Assembly: GCA_040954595.2 (NCBI GenBank)
Contig: CM082597.2
Span: 6,969,849 to 7,033,848, forward strand
Length of the DNA: 64,000 bases
Source of the DNA: Balanoglossus misakiensis
Lineage: Eukaryota > Animalia > Hemichordata
Direction: 5' to 3'
Numbering within the stretch: the first letter of the stretch is position 1; each line of letters begins with the position of its first letter. Below the pieces are notes generated by a model. It saw only the letters and a program-made list of their open reading frames with translations, made no database searches and was not told the origin of the DNA. The position numbers were made by a program, and so were the translations under genes. Positions 54,301 to 64,000 of this stretch are shown piece after piece.

Positions 54301-56096
54301 TGCAGCACAGAAAAATTCCCAAATTGGATATTATACAAAGGGAATAAGAGCATTGCACAGTTGCAAAAAGCACTAACAAAGGTTTGTGATAATCTTTTGG
54401 AATCAACAAACCCAGAAATCCCCGAAAAGTGGAATCTCTTGCGAGAGAACTTAAAATCAGAACGACTGAAACGTCCAAACCCAGTAATGACCTTCAAGGA
54501 ATACCAGGATATTGCTGAAAACATTGGAATTGAAAAGGGTGTGACATTAGATAATGCAACCAGTTTTCTGTGTAGTCAGGGTGACATAGTGGTTGATCCA
54601 TCTAGATCTACTATTGGTGATAAGGGTCAGCATGGCCTCGTAGTACTCGATCCTCGGTGGCTGGCTAATATCTTAAGGACACTCATATCTTATGCAAGGG
54701 AAGATGGGTCTGGGGAATTCATTGATAACAATGGCATACTGTCAATGGAGAACATGGTAAAAGCCTGGGCAGACATCGAAAGTGAATATTGTGGCTCACT
54801 TTTAGATCTTTTTACATCATTGCGTATCTGTTTTGCATTTGGTGATGAACAGACATCAGTTGAAGGGAAGAAGGGTTTTCTGTTTCCTTGTAAGTTACCC
54901 GTTGGTCAACCGTCACAAGATAGTTGGTATCCATATCCCAAAGACAACGACAGACAGGCTAGTCACCTTTATCGATTTGGCTTTCTACCTCCAGTGTTTT
55001 TCTGTGATCTAATAGTAGCAGTCAACAGTGCTACCTTTGCGAAACTAATTCACCCAACATACACACGAAATAACATTGTGTTTCTTTGCAATGAAAGGTT
55101 GGAACCATGCGGCGAATGTGTCAAGTCAGGTGGTTTTGATGGCAGTGTTAATGCTGCGCACCTTGTGCGTTTTGAGTTGCTTTACCATAGCAACAGTATC
55201 CTTGCCAGTGCTAGGGGACCACAGGCTTGTTGCCTCCTGCAACAACTCCAAGGCATCATGAAGGATGTTCTCAACACCCCTCAGTACGCGAATGTTGATA
55301 TGAAGGTACCCGAGTCCCTATCATGCCCACATTGCATTGTTCAGGGTGAACCCTTCATCGGAGAAATGAAACAATGTGGAAGTAGTCTAATTTGCTCCAT
55401 TCATAAATCACAGGGTCACACATTTGACAGCAGATTAGACCTAGTGCAGTGGCGTGGTGTGGTGTAGAAAGACCAATTTTTACCCAGACTAGATTTGACA
55501 TGTCCAAAGACATGCGCTGCCCAAGTCACTTTGTTATGCTGTCGGTTAACACAGGCAGCCTATCAATTGTGGGTCAACTGACACAGTATGTGTTTTCCCA
55601 CTTCACTGATGGTTATGCAGTCCACTTGCTTTGTGAAAACCCACAACAGTTGCATTTCATTGATTCCCCAGGATATCGAGTTAGAAATGTAAATAGGTTT
55701 CTCAAGAAGTATGGCCCACATATGTGTAGAATTCTGAAGTTCATTGATGCAGCAGGTGGTCTGCTGAAGTTTATTCCAGATCCAACCGGTACTGCTGCTG
55801 CAGCAGCAAAGGCAGTTCCAGCAATCGCTGGGAAAGCAGGTAACTTACTGTCAGAATTCTTGGATGATTTGGGTAGCAACTATCCAGAATTGAATGACAT
55901 ATCCAAAGAGCCACTAAAAAAATCAGTGGAGGAGATAGAAAAGATGAAATCATCACCACACCGCAGAGAATTCCAACACTTTCTGGGTAAAGCTGACGAA
56001 GGTGAACAGTTTGGGGGTCTTCAGCCAATAGCATATGGCACGGGTGTAATTTGGGTTTGTGAAACTCACTTTCGTGAGCTGGCAAGTAAATACTAA
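48321..56096 (+). CDS. ROCO protein: TRADD-N-like, ankyrin repeats, LRR, Roc GTPase, COR, C-terminal domain; two frameshifts in this sequence (null allele, pseudogene or assembly error)
   Basis: Exons 48321-48684, 49143-49228, 49442-49537, 50519-50620, 50865-50963, 51537-51578 and 52882-56096. ANK: GTTPLHWAA, GNTPLHYAV, GYTPLDIA. LRR: LFLNNNGLTDL..LSTLDVSNNSIKRIP. Roc: GHEGVGKTT, TDGIEI, FDLAG, VGTHAD. COR: VVLDPRWLANIL, LFPCKLP, FLPPVFFCDLIV. Frameshifts at an A8 run (48571-48578) and a GGTGT duplication (55456-55465). Confidence 0.88.
49268..49345. repeat. (CATC)n/(CATA)n microsatellite
   Basis: Directly visible. Confidence 0.9.
50084..50233. mobile_element. Palindromic (Crypton-like) element end
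   Basis: Imperfect hairpin AATCTCACACACCAATGACCTGGGATCAT ... ATGATCCCAGGTTCTTGGTCTGTGAGATT. Confidence 0.5.
51596..52062. mobile_element. Palindrome-ended (Crypton-like) non-autonomous element
   Basis: Inverted repeat CCTCATGCTAA (~51607) / TTAGCATGAGG (~51844), then a ~200-bp hairpin 51862-52056 centred on CCCTCGGCCTGCGGCCTCGGG. Confidence 0.55.
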
Positions 56097-58500
56097 GCAG
56101 TCCATGGCACCAATACTAATGAATCTGATCAAAAAGCTCATAATAGTGTGTATGTCAATGTTCAACAAGGACCTGAAGCATCGGCCTTATTTATGTCCAG
56201 TTTCACATTCAGTCGGTTTCAACCATGACCTCAGAACTGATTGGTGTAATTGATGACAATTATACCAACAGATGCAGTACTTGTTGTTGTATGCAAACAC
56301 CTCCCACCTGTTGAACTCTCTCACCCAGTTATGTAACATGTAAACACTATGTGCCTGCTATATAAATTCACGGAACTGGCAAATTTGTCTGTCATTCACC
56401 CAATAGAATTCAAAATTCAAATACATCACTGACAAGGTACAGACCAGTGATCAGTGACCACCAAACGTAAATCATATATTGACACACTGTTATGTTTAAT
56501 TTTCATCATGGCAGTTTCCTGGAGAAGTGAACAATTCTTCTACCACACATTATGTGGCTTAGCTGTGAATAAACCGATATTCATCCAGAATGTCTTCTGG
56601 ATTTAACAATGTCTATGTGATCGAGAACACCAGATTAAGTTGCACCCTATTGAAACATTTGAATATGGAAACATACTATTCAGAGATTGCAATCTTGTGA
56701 CATAGGATTCACAGTAGCTGCTGTAACATACCAGTATATTGGTCTTCTACTGTGGTGTCATATTTGCTACATTTATTAATCAAATGACCCAGGTTATCTT
56801 GATAGACAAGTTCATGAAATGTAGGTATCGAGGTTTTATTTTGACAACTTTCTTTAGTTATACAATTTCATTGATATGGGCAAATACACATATTAATGAA
56901 AGTATTTGTGATCCATGAATGTACATCAAGTACTGTAATTTTGATATCTTCAGAGCTGGATTGAGTTTTGGGGGTAGTGGTATAGGGGTCACGATAATTT
57001 TGAGTGGGACAGATTTGCTGACCCACCCCAGCTGTAACAAATGAATGCTCCCTAAGCCAATGTTCCACTCAGAGCTATATTATTCCAATGAGTCCATTTC
57101 AGTCACCAGTTCCAACTGATATACAGTATGTTGCTTGGGGCTTAATGATTTAATTGTCAGTATGCCCTCTAGCTATTGGTCAACTTCTTGTTCTTGTAAA
57201 TTTCATGAAATAATATTGAATTAGTGCTTCACACATTTAATGTATTTCTAAAGATATTAATTCTTCTTAAAGTATACTGTAAGTTAACAGTTATGTAAAA
57301 TATTGTGGATTATATTATACCAGTATATTGATGGTGTAAATCACGCTATTTGATTGGTCGAGACATGACACGTGACCGTGATATACTAGCCATATGCCAC
57401 AGTCATATATCATAGTCAAAGAAAATGCCTTTTTAAAATGTTTTATGCATAGTTTCAATATACTGGCATAATATAATAACAATAAAACACCCCCAGCCAT
57501 GGTATACCACTCGATTTTGACCAGTTCAACTCCATATACGCACGAGCGATTGCCTACTTATCGTCTGAAAAGTACAAGTGATTGTTACAGATATAACACC
57601 TTTACCAAAGGGAGGTGATTTATATTCATACAAGATATAATTTTCCTCAGTGAATTTTTATATCCACTGCAACCGTTTATAATCCTTATAATTTGGTAAT
57701 TAACATTTGATAAAATAAATAAAGTTTTTATTTCAATGTGATTTTTGTCTTTGGGTAAATTATGCTAGTTCAAAGGCCTCATCATGTTCCAGCATTGCCA
57801 GACATGGTCATACCAACACGTTCTAGAATGTCTGAATAGTACAACTTACCGGTAGTAGCTGCAAGCAACAATTACTACCTCATTTTTGATTTCATTTTTT
57901 TTAAATCATTTACTGTTCAAGGCCTACGTCTTCTAGTTTGGAACATTATCTGGCTGTTTTGGCATACAAAGCTATTAATTGTAACCTGTTATGAAAGATT
58001 CTACTGACTGATTGGCAATTGATTGATTGTTTGGGCGATTGATTGATTAATTTAATTGGTTTAATTACTTGCCACATATTCCAGGAAAGGGCACCCGGCA
58101 CTTGAAATTTGGTACAAGATGTAACACCAACCCAAATCAACGTTTATAGGCGATGTGGAAAAGAAGAATGACAAGGTAAATTAGGGCTTAGATTTTAGAG
58201 TGTATTTCATGACATTTCACGCCATGCCAATTTTCATGTTGCTTGTAGTGAGTCAGGGGGTATCTTCGCATGTTGAAATAGTGTGTGTGAGCTTGGTAGT
58301 CTATCCATGCAGTTTCATTATTGGTCGTTGACAATATACTGTACATGGTATAGTGATGATTGAATTGTCTATTTATACATACTTAAATCTGAATCACCAC
58401 ACACTGCACACTACATGTGATTATTGTAAATCCGTACAGTATTTTGCAACTATCCATGCAGTACTTTGCAATGTCTGAAAAATTGGACGAATTTCGGAAT

Positions 58501-58648
58501 ACCTAAAAATGATGTGATAATATTTCAAGTTAAACAAAATTTTTTATAAGGCTTTACAATGCCTTTATTATACCTCGAATCGAGCACACGTAAAACACGT
58601 CAAACTGTAATTAAATGTGTAAGTATAGAAGTCAGAAGCGTACTTACA
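58501..58648. repeat. Dispersed duplicate of a kinase-gene intron (61170-61319)
   Basis: AAAAATGATGTGATAATATTTCAA...AAGGCTTTACAAT...GAATCGAGCACAC...ACACGTCAAACTGTAA...AAATGTGTAAGTATAGAA...CTTACA occurs at both positions. Confidence 0.8.
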
Positions 58649-60678
58649 GAACAGAACTGCTAACAGTGATGTAATGTGTGACTGGCATCAATAACATTAC
58701 CAATTTGAAAAAATAGTTGGCAGTCATACTGTTGTCTAGGTAATAATACCGAGAGGGTCAACTCCAGAGGGTGTCAATCTAGTGCATGTTCTTGCCAAAC
58801 CATTTGTTTCCGAATCAATGGTCAAATTATCCAGTATTCATACTCTGTGCTGCTTCTGCACTAAGCCAAATCGCGACCACACCGCATGTGATAGATAATT
58901 TAAACGAGTTGATATCGCATATAAACACAAGATTCAGTCCTCAACAAACACTAGCACCGAAGTCATGGACTTTATACACATGATGACTGACAATGAGGGT
59001 AACAGTATCTATTGATGACTGACCTATACTTTGTGACATGATAAACTGTTCATTCATCCCCCCTTAACATTTTCTGCCTCTCTGTCAATTGTTTGTAGGT
59101 GTAAACGTCAAAAAGGCGAAATTGTAACAAACTCAAACCCCCCAGTTGATAAAACAGTATGACTTTTATTCAAATCTATAATTTGTGTACTAGATGTGTG
59201 TGTCAAAATTGTTTATGGCAATAGGTTACATGGGTGAGAAAATATTCTTCCTCAATGTCAATCGGATATCCTGGATTAGGAAAAATGACCAATCAAGATG
59301 ACTTGCAAGAATAATCTGTGTGTGATTTTATCTTCAAGATTGTGAATGCTATGAGTTCCTGTTCATCCATTTGTTTTTGCCACATAAAATTTCAGTAGCA
59401 GTAAGATCTGAATACATGTATCTAAATTACAAATAAGTAAGGTAAAAATTGGGACTCTTTGGGTAACATGGCTCTTACAATGAAAGCTACAAAACTGTAG
59501 TTGATTGGTGACTACGTTTAATATCACGTGATGAAACAGCTGGTCATTGACCATTACATCTTCCATAGTACATCGAACATTGTGAGAGAACAATATTCCT
59601 CTGGAAAGTTTAAAAGTATTACTAACTAAAGGTATTATTTTTTCTATAATGACGTGGGTTTTCGGTAAGTAAATTGTTCCAAATAAACTATACTGAGTAA
59701 TATTTTTAAAAATTCTAAAGAGTATCTTGTTATACTAGGCTAAGAGTATTTTTTTTGTTTCAATGTTATGAAGAGATCTACCAAATGCTAACGTCAGCGG
59801 TGATTATTCAATACAATTTTTTCACGGCATTTTTGTACTGAAGCAAATGTGACATAAGTAAGGTCTTCGTTTGATTAGAGTAGCTAGAAAAAAACAGCTA
59901 TAAGATTAGACTTCAGTAGTTAGTGGGTGTACTTGAAATTTGTTGGTTTGAAGTCGATCATACCCAGCGGTGTATTTTGTTTTCTTTACGTTTAAACTGT
60001 AAACTAATGGATATTAATTATTTACCAGAGGATGGACATTGAGACACCGAGAGCGTAATTGTTCTTTCTGGTACATATTAATTATCTTTCAATCAGCATC
60101 ATTTTACACATTTGCGAGGCCACAACAAAACCTTGTATGTCTGTCGTGCTTTCCAACTTTAAAACGTAAGAGCGTAAGCCAGAGTTCAAGTACATTTTAT
60201 CATGCGCATGTTTAGCTATTAGTAGTAGCTGAGATATACAATGTTTTAAACAATAATCCACATTCATGTGGTAGGCATATGTATTACATAGCAAACATTT
60301 TTCTAAACTCCAACGAAGTTTCAGCCCGAGACTTTTCACACAGACTTGGTGGTGCCATTGATGTGGATGGAATGTGAATCAAACCTGTTTTAATACAATG
60401 AAAAAAAAAGAACTTTAAAAGGCATATGCCACTGGCTCTTGACTAACATTCACTTAGAGCCATATATGTTTAAAACAAGCTAAATCATCGCACAGTTCGC
60501 ACGATTGCACAGTTCACACCAAACAGATCGAGCACAACCACTATATACCCCTAACAGTGGCTTTATAATCCCCAGACGTTTCAAAAGGTTGCCTCTTAAA
60601 GCTGATTTTATCCAGTTGAGTTTTGCTGCTTAAGAACAATGGCAGAGATATCATTATAGACAAGAACTGACTTACATC

Positions 60679-63515
<2,837 letters not shown>

Positions 63516-64000
63516 CTAACCAATGAGAAGACAAAATAAAAATTGTATTCATTTGTACAGTAAATGAACATAACATAACAGCTCAGATTTCGTGTGGTAG
63601 TCGGTGGAGTGTAGCATGAAAAGTTTAGATGGAATATATACGTTTTACCCCAAATTTATGTTTTTAATTTTTAGAATATAAGTAACATCAACATTTACAT
63701 TTCATTAATTCCAGCCTAACACGTCATTATGTCAACAACGATTAATACATAGCGTACCTGCATTGATGGACTCATAGCTGTGTTGATGAGATAAATGTGT
63801 TCCTGTAAACAAATCACAGAGCGAGTATTTAGATAATAATGGGTAATACTTGAGTCATTCACTTATCTGTCAAGAACATACATGCAGTTAAATTAAGTGA
63901 CAAGTTTAAGTGACAAAGTTGCATACTTCTGACATTATTTTCGGCATTAATTTATTTTTGACAGCTTTTGAGTAGTTCTACTTTCTGAAACATGCCTAAC

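Noticed and set aside
55449-56096. 215-aa ORF as a separate gene
   Set aside because: It has a GTG start overlapping the upstream ORF and becomes the ROCO C-terminus when a 5-bp duplication is removed.

Overview
Eukaryotic, intron-rich, AT-rich genomic DNA, most likely from a marine invertebrate deuterostome (hemichordate- or amphioxus-like; this is inferred from gene families and repeat types). Left to right: (1) the 5' four exons of a UBASH3/Sts-type UBA-2H-phosphoesterase gene (-); (2) a small orphan signal-peptide gene (-) with a CHST11-like Golgi sulfotransferase (+) nested antisense in its intron; (3) a ~2150-aa NLR (-) with DED, NACHT and a C-terminus of unusual 145-184-aa repeats instead of canonical LRRs; (4) a ~21.5-kb array of ~10 tandem 1.8-3.4-kb units; (5) two NF-kB consensus sites followed by a stand-alone, apparently inactive GT4 (GT-B fold) glycosyltransferase-like gene (+); (6) a TRADD-N-like/ankyrin/LRR/Roc/COR (ROCO) gene (+) carrying two frameshifts; (7) the 3' part of a receptor-tyrosine-kinase-like pseudokinase (-). 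There are also many MITEs, a solo LTR, a LINE 3' fragment and microsatellites. The main candidate for a new system is the divergently transcribed NLR / pseudo-GT4 / TRADD-N-ROCO innate-immunity cluster. Exon structures were derived by hand from splice signals and reading-frame phase. Domain calls come from motif recognition; no database search was run.
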